From NCBI GenBank assembly GCA_964252035.1, contig OZ176211.1: a DNA stretch of 64,000 nucleotides, one strand, 5' to 3'. The notes below the pieces were generated by a model, which ran no database searches, was not told the origin of the DNA, and saw only the letters and a list, made by a program, of their open reading frames with translations. Of the stretch, positions 1 to 13,000 are shown one piece after another. The DNA is from Podarcis erhardii (taxonomy: Eukaryota). Position 1 is the stretch's first letter. Every line of letters begins with the position of its first letter. The translations under genes were made by a program, and so were the position numbers.

Positions 1-2808
1 ATAACTGTTAAGGAATTTTTAGACTGCCATTGAGCTGTTTAAGACACTGGAATATATTTCTTGGTGAGGCATTAACAAGCTTGCCAAACATGACCTGGTG
101 CTTTCAAGCTTAATCGATTTCATTGCTCCTGTTATTAACACAATACCTCTGAAACTCAGCAGGACATTCCACACAGTCAAACTGAGCATGGTTCCATTTG
201 CCCTTTTGTGCTTAGAATATCCTGAATATATTGAATCAGAAGTCCCAGCAATTTTAAACCATTCATAAATTTCTTGTATTCACGGGTTTGTATTTGTCAT
301 TTTGAATTTGGCTCTATGCTAAACACTTTCTATTGAAATGGATGTTGGCATTTGAAACCACACACAGTAGGCTGTAATTTGAGTGTTTGCATTTAAAAGA
401 ATTGCACTCCAAGCTTAAAAACCTTGGCATTTACGTCTTGTTCAATTGTCAAGTATAAGAAAACAACCTATTTTGTAAGCTGCCCTGAGGACTTGTTGAA
501 GCCATATTGGCAGACTATACATTAATAAACAAATAAATAAATTGAACCCAGATTATAATGAAGCTAGACTTTCAAAAACTTAGTGCTTTTATCCAGCTGT
601 GTAGAAGTGCCTTGTAGCAACAACTCTTGTAGCAACAACTCTCAAAAACAGGATTTCCCCCCTTCATAATCATTGTCCCTGCTCTCCCTTAACAGTGAAC
701 TCAGGGTGGTGTGTACCAATATAAGCGCACTGAGGTTTACCAAAATAAATAGGTTAAAATCAGATACTTAAAGACACTGTGGAAGTTAAAAACATGGTAA
801 ACTTCCAGGACTGCACATGCTCAACAGCCATAGCAATGGAAGTATAGGTGTGGGAAGTGCATGGCTGGTTGGACTCCTAAACAGGAAAGATGGAGGATGC
901 ACTGCAAAGTTTTGTTTTGAGTCCCGCTTGTTCTCTTTATTACTGGACCTGGGAGGTTCCATGCCTATCAATCTGGAGCACAAACAGGACCACCAAAAAT
1001 AAGGTAGCAGTTTCTGCATATGCATACTTGACATACTTCCTAGGTATACAGAAGTATATTAGTTGTAAATTAGAAGATATTAAGAAATGACCATTTAAGA
1101 ACCTATCGTTCTTCCTGGGCCTATGAAATGTTGAGGACAGTTGATCCATGGAGTATTGAGGATATCGGTTGAGAAAAAGAATAGAAAAGCAGAGAGAGAG
1201 TTGGTCTGCTTGAGCTCTAAAAGCTTATGGTGTTCTGGAAGGGGGCTGGAGTTGGAGGGATGTGTGTCATGTGGTGTGTGTTTTTTTAAAAAAACTTATA
1301 TGCCATACAGGAACATTTCAGGAGTTCTAAAAGGACACCTTCCTCTTTTCTCAGTCTTCAAACTCCTCATCACACTGTTATATAACATTAAAGTGCGTAG
1401 GTTCAGGACTGGCACAATGGGGAAAGATTTCAGGAAGGTGGGAAAGGGGGAAAAAGCTGTCCTTTTTTAGTTCACTCTCCCTGCCCCCCTGAAACTCCCT
1501 TCCTTGGATAAGGTCTAAGCAATGTTTGTGATTCTGTTCCAAACTGGCTGAACATTTGAACATTCATTCTAAGGGCTAGGAATGTAATACATTTTCCTGT
1601 GGTTGCCACTTGTGTGTACATGATGTCAATGTGGAGTTTTGCAAATGGCTGTCAAACCTCCTGTGATCCCAGGACACCAAATTACGTGCTCCAAACAAAT
1701 AACATAGCTTTCCTTTCTAACTAAAAAATTGTCAGAATGTTAAACTAAACCTGTTAATATTCTCTCTCTAATGAGGGATGGTTTTCTCTGCTCTTCCCGT
1801 CGAAGAGGTTGACTAGATAGTGGAATGGTTAATTTGAAACAAATCTACTTTTTGCATGTACTCTTTAGTTTCCTGGGCACCAATGTGGATATAATGTTTT
1901 GCTCTGTATATATGATATGATACTAACTGGGCTAAGACTATTGTCTTTATTTTGCTTCAGCTTTTTCCCTTCCCTTCACCAACATCTGTCATCTTAGCTT
2001 GGAGCAAAATGGATGGGGAAGTAACAAGAAAGATTATTCTTCTTTGATTACCCAATTTGTCTTAATTACAAGGTTCTCAAACATGTGCGGCTAAACAAAT
2101 GAGCAGGAAAACATTTAGGCACTGGTATTAAATGCAGCTGAAGCTGCCTCAGCTGTGAACTTGACTGACTTCTGTGCTTTTAATAAAGATTCAGGATGGA
2201 GTTCATACATAGGTGGTTAAGGAAATGAGACACTTGTGTGCCAATCATACTGAAATGGCAGTTTAAATCTGTAATACTACAGTACTTGTGTGACATGTAC
2301 TAAAACATTTTGAGAAGGTCAGTATGAAGCAAGCAGCCAGCTGTTGGGTTTATCATAGATAAACTCCTACAGAGTGCAGCAGCATTTAATACACCAGTGG
2401 AGCATGAAAAAACTGTGCAAATTAAATTGAGAAGCAGCTGCTTGTTGAAGATGTGTATCTTTATATTGAACTCTGCAGGGTGCAATGGGGAGGTTGCATT
2501 AAAACGTACTATCAAAAATCACCAGCCAAAACCTTGGCCTTTTTTTTTTTATAAAAAAAAAAGAAATAGAAGATAATGTGAATAAGAGCAACTATTTCCC
2601 TGGTAAAATTGTTACCAGTGCAACACATCAGTGGCATTTCATAAAGAGGGAAACTCTCCTAGAATTTCAAAAACAGAATATCTTAAATTTGGGGGCTTCA
2701 ATATTTGGATCTTTTGGGGCAAATTCCTAGATATTTTAGTGTTGCCTAAAACTCAAAACATGGATAAAAAAAGACTCAGAAGTGACTTCAAATGAGTAAG
2801 ATCTAAGA

Positions 2809-2942
2809 CGGGGGTAGTCAAAATAATGACTTCCAAATATTTTGGACTACAACTCCATCAACCCCAGCCAGTATAGCCAGTGGCCAGGGATTATGGGAAT
2901 TGTAGTTCAAGGCATTGGAGGGTACCACATTGGCTGCCCCTG
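2809..2942. mobile_element. hAT-like MITE (ggactacaactcccatc family), degenerate
   Basis: Terminal inverted repeats cgggggtagtcaa / ttggctgcccctg, palindromic interior, 8-bp flanks matching at 5/8. Confidence 0.6.
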
Positions 2943-3687
2943 GTGTAAGGCCTTCACACTGGAAGTGCAAGACATGTACATAGATCAGAATTGCCTTTCT
3001 GCTTAAGAACAAACTAACAACAATTTTATAATATAAGCAAAGATGTTCAAGCAGCTTCTGCATATGGATGGATTGCTTTCAGATTCCTATTAAATAATAC
3101 AGAATATAAAACATTCATATTATTAGTACGCTTCAGGCTCCCCCTTCTTCCCCCAGGATATCCACCCCAATCCCAATGGACACATCCTGGTAAAATTTTA
3201 TTGATCAGCTGTTGTAGGGGAAGTGGGAATAAATTCTCTGCTGAGCTGTGCAGTTGTAAATTTTCTGAAAGTGCTAAGCTAGCACAGGGTTAACAAAAAC
3301 CTATTTTGCATAGATTTCTCCAACCAGGTGCAGATATGTGTATGAAAGGCAGTTGTATAGGATGGCACTATATAGGGTTTTTCCACCATTGATTGTATTC
3401 CAGATTGGCTAAAACAGTAGGGAGACTATCACAGGTTCTAAATTCGGTCTAATCCATTCAAAGGGGAGTTGTGAAATATTGTTGAAGTACATATTAATTA
3501 ATTGTTATTACAAAAAAGTTATATTCATGTCCCATCATTTAGTTGTTTCAAAACCATGGTGACTTAATGTTTGTAGTATTTGTAGAAGCTCCCATTAACA
3601 TCTGGGTCACCTAAACTGTTCTTTCCTTGTCTGTAATTTTCTTAGTGCTCAGATATGAACAGTAAATGCTTTCCTCTTTTGTTATAG

Positions 3688-3799
3688 ATGGGTCCACATT
3701 GTTTGTGCACTCTATGTTCCAGGAGTAGCATTTGGAGATATTGACAAACTGCGGCCAGTTACTCTTACAGAAATGAATTATTCCAAATATGGTGCTAAG
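3688..3799 (+). CDS. PHF14: PHF14 internal coding exon (112 nt; zinc-knuckle/PHD2 part of the PZP module)
   Basis: Acceptor ttttgttatAG, donor GTaaca. Reads (R)WVHIVCALYVPGVAFGDIDKLRPVTLTEMNYSKYGAK, which matches recalled vertebrate PHF14. Phase joins the next exon. Confidence 0.97.
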
Positions 3800-3897
3800 G
3801 TAACATTCAAATAGATATATTTTGGGGATAATTTATATGATTGTAGCTTGTTTTTGTTTGTTTCCTTTTCAGTTCATTACAGCTAAACGCTCAAAAC

Positions 3898-4034
3898 GTA
3901 GCTCAGTCAGTTAGAGCATGGTGCTGATAATGTCAAGGTTGCAGGTTTAATCCCCATAAGGGGCAGCTGCGTAGAGCTGCATTGGGGGGGGGTAGACTAG
4001 GTGATCCTCAGGGCCCTTTCCAACTCTATAATCT
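3898..4034 (+). mobile_element. tRNA-Ile-derived SINE with CR1-like tail, degenerate
   Basis: Head tagctcagtcagttagagcatggtgctgataatgtcaaggttgcaggtttaatcccc resembles tRNA-Ile(AAT). Tail gactaggtgatcctcagggccctttccaactctataatct resembles a CR1 3' end. Confidence 0.7.
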
Positions 4035-4847
4035 GGTTATAATGAATATTATTATATATAGCCTCATTTTTCTTATGAAACCATCATTGGATAGGAACTA
4101 TTCAACTAATTCCACAGGACTAAGGCTTGTAATTTTACACTGGGCTTTAGTTATAAAAGTACTAATAACAGGGCAGTCAAGTAAATGCAGGGCAGCTCAA
4201 TTAATCCTCTACAGTACTATAAAGATTTAGCCATCAGACCACAATAATATCGATCTGAGAATATATGAGATTTCAAACAGATAATCCTCGAGTGAATTCT
4301 TGAAAGGCCTTCCCTCGTCCCCAACCGGAATGTTCAAATGTGGCTCACTGAAGATCACTCTTTTAACTCTTGTCTTGATGTTAAACTTTTAAATGGTATA
4401 TCAGATGTAATAAAGGGGTTTGTTTGTTTTTAGGACATCTTTTTCAGTATGTACGTTGTTGCTGTCTGTGGACTGGTATGCATTGGCTTTAAGTGTGTAT
4501 CACTTATTGCAACCTGCCTTGGCATTTCAAAAGATGGGATAGAATGTCCTAAGTATGCAAATACCCCACTCTAATAAGCCTATATAGATACAGATATGGT
4601 AATTTACATGAAAACTATTGCTGACAGTAGGGAAAAGTTGTAGTTAGGGTTGAATGTAGCATCTTATATATACTTCTGGTTCCGTTTTATCCATTTTCTC
4701 ATTCCCTTTTGTTTGTTTCTTGTCTTCTTCTGTAAAGTATATAGTCCATTTTAAGGTACTGTATAAAGTTACTACTTTATTCTGTATAAAGTTACTGTAT
4801 AAAGGTAATACTTTTGTAATGTTCTCTCTCTCATTTATTTGCTACAG

Positions 4848-4985
4848 GAATGCAGTTTTTGTGAAGATCCCCGTTTTGCCAGAACTGGCGTTTGCATTAG
4901 TTGTGATGCTGGGATGTGCCGAGCATATTTCCATGTGACTTGCGCTCAGAAGGAAGGCCTATTGTCAGAAGCAGCAGCTGAAGAG
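4848..4985 (+). CDS. PHF14: PHF14 internal coding exon (138 nt; PHD2)
   Basis: Acceptor gctacAG, donor GTatga. Reads ECSFCEDPRFARTGVCISCDAGMCRAYFHVTCAQKEGLLSEAAAEE. Confidence 0.97.
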
Positions 4986-5908
4986 GTATGATAATATTCT
5001 GCATTAGTGAAAATAACCCAGGTGACTTTTGTTATGACTAAAACTTCAAATTGATGTGTTAAAATAACTAAGAAATATTTGAGTTGATTGCCTTACTTAA
5101 TATTGATTGCTTCAGCTTTCCTGTGTTGGGATGCAGAAGGCGTATTTTGTACCTTCCCTTTTTCTTTTAACCTTTTCCCCTGAAACATGTAGACATTTTT
5201 GGCAGGAATCATCTCTCTTGGATCCATTCCATACTAGAAAGATGAATATGTGTGGGGAGAGTGATTATGATCTTCAATTCCCTTCCATCTCAATGGCTTT
5301 CTAATCATACATGGTTCTGATCCACCAGCAATCCACCATTTTGGTCGGATTATTTTTTCCAAGATTATCTGTCAAGCATTTCTCCTGTGCTACCTTTGTT
5401 GATGTATACTGCAGTATTTGGAAACAAAAGAAAGTTGTGTGGCAGTGCAGAACTTGCTTAGTTGTTTGAATGAGCAGAGGGAAACAAATATGCTCTTCAA
5501 AATATGTATGAAAATATTTTCCCTGTTCTATACAGTATTCATGTATGTAATTGCTTTCTACATTAACACCTTTGGAAAATGGCACACAGAAATAGCTGCT
5601 TGATACTCAGTCTTTTAGCCCCTTTGGAAATGAGATTAAACTTGAAAGTTTACCTCGTAACATTTACATAGATTGTAGTGATACCGCTTATGAGTAGCTA
5701 AACAATTAAAACTAATGTATCTGTTATATGTAGATAAACATGTGGCTATTTAATTTGTAAACTCTGCACTGAGTTTGAAAAGCTGAATCAAAACAAGAGT
5801 TTCATATTCTTTGTAGTGATGTTACCTTAATCTGGCTTTGGTTGGTTAAAATACCTTAAAAGCCATCAGAATCATTTTTTCAGACCCTACCTAACAAAAT
5901 TGTGGAAA

Positions 5909-5909
<1 letters not shown>

Positions 5910-5948
<39 letters not shown>
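5910..5948. repeat. (TG)n microsatellite
   Basis: About 19 uninterrupted TG units. Confidence 0.98.
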
Positions 5949-5950
<2 letters not shown>

Positions 5951-6148
5951 CATCCTATTTATTTATCCTATTCATTTACTTTAGAATACTTTTAGGCTGT
6001 CTTTGGGGGGGGACCTCTCAAGGTGGCTTACATAATGGTAATTTAAAATTACATGATAAAATATAATTAAAATACTGCTTTTCCTGGCTGACAAACTATT
6101 TTCTTTCATGAGCTTTTGCCTTCTTCATTTTTATTTTAATTGGAACAG

Positions 6149-6295
6149 GATATTGCAGATCCCTTTTTTGCTTACTGCAAGCAACATGCAGACAGGATGG
6201 ATAGAAAGTGGAAGCGCAAGAACTATTTGGCTTTGCAATCCTATTGCAAAATGTCTTTGCAGGAGAGAGAGAAACAACTGTCACCAGAAGCTCAG
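6149..6295 (+). CDS. PHF14: PHF14 internal coding exon (147 nt)
   Basis: Acceptor ggaacAG, donor GTagta. Reads DIADPFFAYCKQHADRMDRKWKRKNYLALQSYCKMSLQEREKQLSPEAQ (inside track ORF 6140..6331). Confidence 0.97.
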
Positions 6296-6999
6296 GTAGT
6301 ATACCCAAGCCAAGTTTGTATTTGTGTTTAATATAGCATACTAAATGAGAAAGATCAGGGCAGAGGAAAAAGGATGGAATTGTTGTGACTGCCAGTGAAA
6401 ATGCATATAGTTGTAAATAGTATGAAATGTTTGAGAATCACTATTCACCTGCTTGCAAATAATCTAAACTCAGGTGTATAAGCATGTGTACCTCTCCCAG
6501 CTGCATGATGTCTCTGTGACCCCACTTTTCCTCCAGCTCAATAAATCTAACCCCACCCCAAGCCTGCTAGTGCTCCCCCCAGTTTGAGTCTTTGTACTTA
6601 CCTCTGCCACAGTCTGTTGTCAGCCTGAACAACTTCTAACTTGAGTTACCCATTTCTAGCTTGAGTTACCCAGATATTTGGGAAAGTTTGCCTGCTGATG
6701 TATTCATTCCTTATTGAGTTTTATGAGAATTCTGAATTTCAGTTGTGAAGGATCAGCATGATGGAGAACAGAAACCAATACTGGATTTTTCTTGAGGAAG
6801 CTCATAAATACATCTGTTTCAAACTCTACCTCTTCTAGTCCAGAGAGTATTTTAGGATCAGTTCTTTTGCACTATTAAAAGCGATCTTCTCTCACCATAG
6901 ATTTGTGTGTGCAGTGTTAGAAATGGAGATTACATTTTCTAGCAAAAGTGTTTATGTGCTTCTTAGCTTTATTTTGATTTGCTTTTTTAAAATTTGTAG

Positions 7000-7270
7000 G
7001 CCCGAATTAATGCCAGACTACAGCAGTATCGTGCTAAGTCAGAAATAGCACGTACCACGAGGCCGCAGGCGTGGGTACCAAGGGAGAAACTGCCACGGCC
7101 GCTCACTAGCAGCGCTTCAGCAATACGTAAGCTGATGCGCAAAGCAGAATTAATGGGAATTAGCACAGACATCTTTCCAGTGGATACTTCAGATACCAGT
7201 TCCAGTGTGGATGGAAGAAGAAAACACAAACAGCCAGCCCTGACCGCTGATTTTGTCAATTATTATTTTG
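7000..7270 (+). CDS. PHF14: PHF14 internal coding exon (271 nt)
   Basis: Acceptor atttgtAG, donor GTaagg. Reads ARINARLQQYRAKSEIARTTRPQAWVPREKLPRPLTSSASAIRKLMRKAELMGISTDIFPVDTSDTSSSVDGRRKHKQPALTADFVNYYF+g. Confidence 0.97.
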
Positions 7271-7305
7271 GTAAGGGTGAAAAGATACGTGCTTTCCATT
7301 GTTGC

Positions 7306-7435
7306 CAGGAATGGCTAACCTTTCATTTTCCGGTTGTTGCAGGACTATAGCTCCCACCATCCCTGAACATTGGTTTGCTGGGCAGGTGGGAGTTGGAATC
7401 CAGCAACAATCGGAGGCTGCAGGTTAGCCACCCCA
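7306..7435. mobile_element. hAT-like MITE, degenerate
   Basis: Inverted ends ggctaacc / ggttagcc. Interior ggactatagctcccaccatccctga…gggagttg belongs to the same family as 2809-2942. Confidence 0.55.
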
Positions 7436-8052
7436 GTCTAGATTTTGAAGGGATGGTTTACAGATGAAAGAGTGGAGTTGCTTTAAACTTCAAGCCACCC
7501 ATATACTCCTGTATGTGAGCACTATGGTTCCCTCGTTACAATTTTAAAGCAACAAAGCTGCCTCCAAGTAGCCAAGTAAATATTCATATATGTCGCGTTA
7601 AAATAATGTGTGGGATAGTTAAAAATGTTTTTGTTGAAATCTTTCCTATTTAAAGTTTGGAGTGCATTCTAACTCAATATTAATTGGCATTAATGCTGCT
7701 TCTTTCCTCCCTCAGTCCTTGCTATTGAGATCAGGTGCAAGCCTAGCTCTGTAAAAACCCTCCAGTAATGCAATCGGGTTTCTTGCCCTGGTCACCCTTC
7801 CTTTTCTGCTTTGCAAGGGATGAATTACTTACTAGTATTTGTTATGTGCCTTTGATCTTAATATCCATAGCTTGGATGTTTTAGAGATATTGTAAGCGTT
7901 GTTCAGCTGCAGAGAGTGTTTTCTGCATGTGACATTGAATGCGAAGAAATGTTGTCGTATGATGTATTGTTACCTACATTCATTCTGTTGCTTTGCATGC
8001 TCAAAAAAAAAAAAAAAAAAGGAAATACAGAAAGTGCTGGCTTTTATTTTAG

Positions 8053-8159
8053 AGAGAAACATGCGCATGATCCAGATCCAAGAAAATATGGCAGAACAGA
8101 AGAAAATTAAGGATAAGCTGGAGAATGAACAGGAAAAACTTCATGTAGAATATAACAAG
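8053..8159 (+). CDS. PHF14: PHF14 internal coding exon (107 nt; coiled coil)
   Basis: Acceptor cttttattttAG, donor GTaaat. Reads (E)RNMRMIQIQENMAEQKKIKDKLENEQEKLHVEYNK. Confidence 0.96.
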
Positions 8160-8664
8160 GTAAATGATGTTCTTCAAACAATGCAAATCATATGCTGTAT
8201 ATAAAATAAAACTATAGTTAGAAAACCATTGACTTCCACTAAAACCCATCTTAAATCAAATGGTCTTTCAGTAACCGTCACCTGCTGTTCACTAAAAGAT
8301 TAAGATGTTTCTCAGAGGTTCTCATCTATACAGATTTTCTCAGTCTGGTATCAAGAGCCTGACTCTTGCTTGTTGTGCACATCTGCTCGCTATCATGAGC
8401 ATAAAAATTTGCTTACGTTGAGGTGTTCCCTTAGAGCTTTAGGGTAACTGTGAGGAGGAATTCCAAGTCCTAGCTTTAATCATGGGGATGGCAGAGTCCG
8501 GGATTGCCAAATTATTTTTTATTTGCTTTACTCACAGAAAATATTCAAGCAGCTTACGGACGTAATAGAAATACTAAAATGACATTAAAAACGAAGTAAA
8601 AAGATGGGAACAGTAACATAGGTCTTGATTGGGCAATTGCCTCTGCTCGCGTGGGCTCCTTATT

Positions 8665-8860
8665 CCTATCCATTCAGTAACTATGACTTTGGTCCATCTA
8701 GTCCAGTATTTTTTATTTGGATTCACAGTAGCTCTCCAGGATCTTATGAAGAGGTCTTTCACACCACCTGTTTATCCGCTTCTTTGGCGATGTCAGTAAT
8801 TGAACTTAGGATCTTTTGTATTCAAAGCATGTGTAGTTTTATCACCAACTGTGGTTCTTC
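8665..8860 (-). mobile_element. tRNA-derived MIR-like squamate SINE (Squam3-like), degenerate; approximate ends
   Basis: Reverse complement reads …atgctttgaatacaaaagatcctaagttcaattactgacatc…tcctggagagctactg…actggactagatggaccaaag, the layout of this SINE class. Confidence 0.55.
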
Positions 8861-9672
8861 CCATACGGTCACCAGGCAGCAGCTGCCAGTAATTTTACCT
8901 AGTGAACCACTTTGTTGATCACCACATGCAACTTTAGATATCTGGGATGTTGGCGATGTATTTTTCCTGTTAGGTTGATGTAAACAGAAGTTTTGATTTG
9001 AAATACCGTCAGTGGATACTTTGGGGATATTTGAGGGAAGCCTTCAATGTTGCAGCAACTGCTGTGTGAATACACACATGTATGCCACACTGATCACAAG
9101 GAATGGAAGACATGACTAGAGAATTCAGTGCTACCTATTGTATTGCCGTTCTTATTTGTTCTCAAAAAGACATGGCCGTGCATTCACGCACACCCCATGA
9201 AAGTAATGATAGTTGTTGGAATTGTCAAAAAATAAATAGTAGTCTGGAGGAGAGAACATCATTCCCAGTTACACTTAAAAAATGTGACAAGGCTTTATAT
9301 TTTCTTATTTCAAGTGTGCAGATGTATAGCTCTGAAATCTTGATTCCCTGTGTAGAAAAACCTGGCACATCTTTACAGATGGAAATAACAGAGTGGAACT
9401 GTTTTGATGTTTCTTGACTGCCATTATAGTCTTATTGTCAGACAAAATTACTTTAGGTTCTCCCTTACTAACCATATGGATGCCCATGTTTTTTTTCTAG
9501 TGTTATTGAATGGCTGATTAACTTTACTGATTTCAGTTGCCTTGACATGAGTGAACAATTTTATTATTTAATTACCTCTCATAGAAAAGGGTTTCATAAG
9601 TAAAGAATGCCTCCTCCTGGATACGAGGTACGAAATAACTTCCACAGTATTTTTCACTGCTTTGTTTTTTAG

Positions 9673-9768
9673 TTGTGTGAGTCTTTAGAAGAACTTCAGA
9701 ACGTGAATGCAAAGCTACGAAATGAAGGACAAGGAATATGGGCTGTGCTTGGTAGAATAATTGGGCAG
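9673..9768 (+). CDS. PHF14: PHF14 internal coding exon (96 nt; coiled coil)
   Basis: Acceptor tttgttttttAG, donor GTtggt. Reads LCESLEELQNVNAKLRNEGQGIWAVLGRIIGQ. Confidence 0.95.
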
Positions 9769-11681
9769 GTTGGTTTTTCCCATTGTTTTTCTCCTCCCCT
9801 CTTTCCTTATATCTTATTTATTTATGGGTCATATGAGTCCTAAAAATAGGGTTTTCTCTTTGTTACTGTCACTTTTTTTAGGCTGAAAAGATACATTTGA
9901 TAAAGTCCTGGCCTTATTCTGCAGATAATGATTTCTGATTGAAATGTATATAGGGCTCTGCGCCTACCTACTGGGAAACTGCAGCCTAATTTTGTTTTTG
10001 GATTAGCTATCTTGTTTGCAAAATTCTTTCATTTGGTGTAACTGATTGACCTGTCATTTGTGATGAAGCTAAACCTGAAGCATGAGTTAATCTAACCACA
10101 TTCTTTGCTATTCCCCCCCCCCCATAGCTTTCAAAGAGCAGGTTTTCTTAGGGTATATTGTTTTCTTCCCCCCTGTTTTCTGAATATGCAACTGAAAGCA
10201 TATGTAATTTGCTGTAGTTTTAAATGAATTATGCATGTGGGAATGTCCTTAATAGGAAGTGAAGAATATTAGGGTACAGCTGGTTATTTTTTTATAGGAT
10301 TACTGATCATTTTGTCAGTTGTAAAAAAGTGAATGCTGCCACTTCCCAATTATTAAATTCATTAGCTTCTAAAGAGTAAAGTATTGCACTTGTAAACCAG
10401 CAGAATCAAATATCTTGATATGGTTATGTTTTCAGCTACATTAAAAGAGCACAATGAACACTTTACACAGTTTGCTGCCTGTTGTACAGCTGCTTCTCCC
10501 GTTCTACAAACAGTGGAAGTTATATGGCACTTTGTATCTGAAAGATTGATGAATTTCCATGGCTTTTTCTTTTAGTGCTTCCTAATTCATCCTTCACTGA
10601 GGCTTATATCTGGTATTCAGTGCAGTTAGCAGATTCCTCAAGAAAGTGGGAGCCTTTTATGTGTCATTCCAATATATAATCAGATCTTAGCTTTTGTTTT
10701 TGTTTTTGTCTGACTCCTTAGTTGGCTTTCTAAGATTATAAAATGTTAAAATGATCTTTTAAGAAACTGGACCATTGGCCGGCTCTGTTTTTTGTAATTA
10801 TCCTTGTTTTTGTGCTAAGTGTTAATTCAACAGAAGAATTAGCAAGGTTTTACAAAGTGCTTGATGGTTCTGTGAAACTGGCCCAGATGATTAATATAAC
10901 CTGGTTTTTTATGGGCCTTTCATACATATGGGGGTCGGAATTTAACTTTGTTAATAAGAAGTTCATCCCTTTTAAAAAGAAAACGGAGGGGGGAATCAAA
11001 TTTTCACAAATATGTTTCCTGGTGCAATCATTTAATAATAATAAAAAACTAGTAGTTTCATTTGCACAGCTTGCATGACACTTTTTTCCAGTTGGTTGAA
11101 CAGATGCAGGCCCACAGGGCCACTGAGAAATGACTTTGATAGATGGTTGCTGTCTGTGAAGCTAGCATACTGCAGATTAGTAGAAACCCGAAGAGAATCT
11201 CTCCTGCTTTGTGCAGAGTTTGGTCCAATAAGATAATTTTTCTAATTAACCTATGGAGCACCACTGTAGCAGGGATGGTGAGGAAAATAAACTGCCTCAA
11301 TATTCTTTCGTGAAGTGTAGTGGATTTTTCTTTTTTCTTTTTCTTTTTAACCTTCTAAACCAGCTTGTCCTTGTCTGTCTCTGTTAAAGCTCCCTCTGTT
11401 AAAGGGGGGAAAGTTAAAAAGCCAGGGCTTTAATGTCTTTGGTTTTTCTCTCTCTCTTTTGCATTGGAAAATATGTGAATGCAATTTCATTTCTCATAGG
11501 GCTCACTTGGGGACAGAAATATATAGTGTAGTCATTTTTGCAGCCTGACTAAGCAGTTTCCTCTCCTAACTTTTAGTATATTGGGCACAGCCAAATTTTG
11601 ATTGCTGAGCAGTAAATGAGGGGGAATGTTATGTTATATATGTCTCTCACAAATTATCCTGTATTTCTTCAAACCCAATAG

Positions 11682-11785
11682 AAATTGAACATACCATCAA
11701 TTTTGCGAGCACCCAAGGAGAGAAAACCGAGTAAAAAGGAGGGTGGAACCCAGAAGACTACAACCCTCCCTGCAGTTCTCTATAG
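11682..11785 (+). CDS. PHF14: PHF14 internal coding exon (104 nt), followed by a GC donor
   Basis: Acceptor cccaatAG. Reads KLNIPSILRAPKERKPSKKEGGTQKTTTLPAVLY+ag. Boundary AG|GCAAGT; only this cut gives the in-frame Y-S-C join to the next exon. Confidence 0.95.
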
Positions 11786-12824
11786 GCAAGTAGTAGAAAC
11801 AGCACAATAGACATAGATTATGGATAGAGTAAGAGACCTTTATAAGTATTTTTTTTATTCCAAACAACTGAATAAAATGTCTTTACTCCTGGACACCAGG
11901 AGTAAAATGTCTTTTACTCCTGGACACTAACTTGATTCATTTTAAATCATTTTTTTTTAAAAAAAACGTTATAACTGTCTTCAGAGTCCCAGACATCATT
12001 ACTGAGATTTTCTCTATCCATTGGCAGCACTTCAGAAGAAAATTCCTTTTATACCTGAGATTTTAATCTGTTTTGTGATATATGGTTGAGAACCTTCAAA
12101 CATTAAAAGTTTTGCATTTAAAATCGACCAGCAAGGTCTGAATGAAATTATTATGAACTTATACGGTTTATTAAGCCCTAATATAACAAAGCATATTTGA
12201 TCCTCAAGTCTAGTATTTTTCATAATTCAGGTTAATATATTGTTGAGTAATTGATGCATTTACTCATTGTTATATGTTTAGTTCTTTTTACCATTTACCA
12301 TTATGGTTGGTTTTTTAAAAAATAAATAAATATTTGATACAAGTATTGAAACATATACTCCATATAAAAGCTACCTTTCTGCAAGATAAAATACAATTAT
12401 AACAGTTAGAATATTTACTCACTGTATGGGGTTTAACCATTCAGATTGAAGAGTTCTTTGTAAGTGCAAGAACTGGGTCCATATTTGGTTAACCAGTTCA
12501 AATGCATCTGAAGATTCATGGAATGCCCTCAATTTGGCTAATAAAAAGTATCTCCTTAAATTTTCGGTGACTAGCAAAAATCAGTCTAGCAATCTCTAGA
12601 AGTATTTAATACCACCTTGTGTTTCTTTGTGGGGAGCATTTGATTGCATTATGTCCTATAACAACCACAAATGCTTTTAGGAACATGAAAACATCCTTGC
12701 TTGATCTGTCTCCATCAGTGACTTGCCAGATATTTTTGAAGAGCTCTCATTGGATAATGACAGTGGTAGCCACCTCTTGTTTGTTTCCTGTATCCAGTAG
12801 TCAGAAATATACACTTTCTAGATG

Positions 12825-13000
12825 TGAATATACCCAGTTATCTATCGTGGCTAATAGCCATTGATGCCACAGCCCTCCATGAATTTGCCTAAAACTTTTA
12901 AAAAGCCATTTAAACTAGTGGTCATCACCATGTCTTGTGGCAATGACTTCTACCTGTTAATTTTGCGTGGTGAGACAAAATACTTCCCTGACTCTTATGC
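12825..13000 (-). mobile_element. CR1 LINE 3' fragment; approximate ends
   Basis: gctaatagccattgatg…ctccatgaattt…aaaagccattt…tcaccatgtcttgtggcaatg is the reverse complement of the CR1 ORF2 end (LWNSLPQDVVMATSLDGFKRGLDKFM-like). Confidence 0.7.

Noticed and set aside
1-3687. Upstream PHF14 exon ending …KETDAG(R), and short ORFs at 786-1563
   Set aside because: No PHD1-like coding sequence was found; the ORFs lack splice context and homology, so this is treated as intron.
3898-3960. tRNA-Ile-like sequence as a tRNA gene
   Set aside because: Acceptor stem and B-box are degenerate, and it runs into a CR1-type tail, so it is a SINE head.
7994-8020. TGCATG (RBFOX motif) plus an A18 tract upstream of exon 8053
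   Set aside because: The hexamer is common in this AT-rich window, and there is no sign the exon is alternative.
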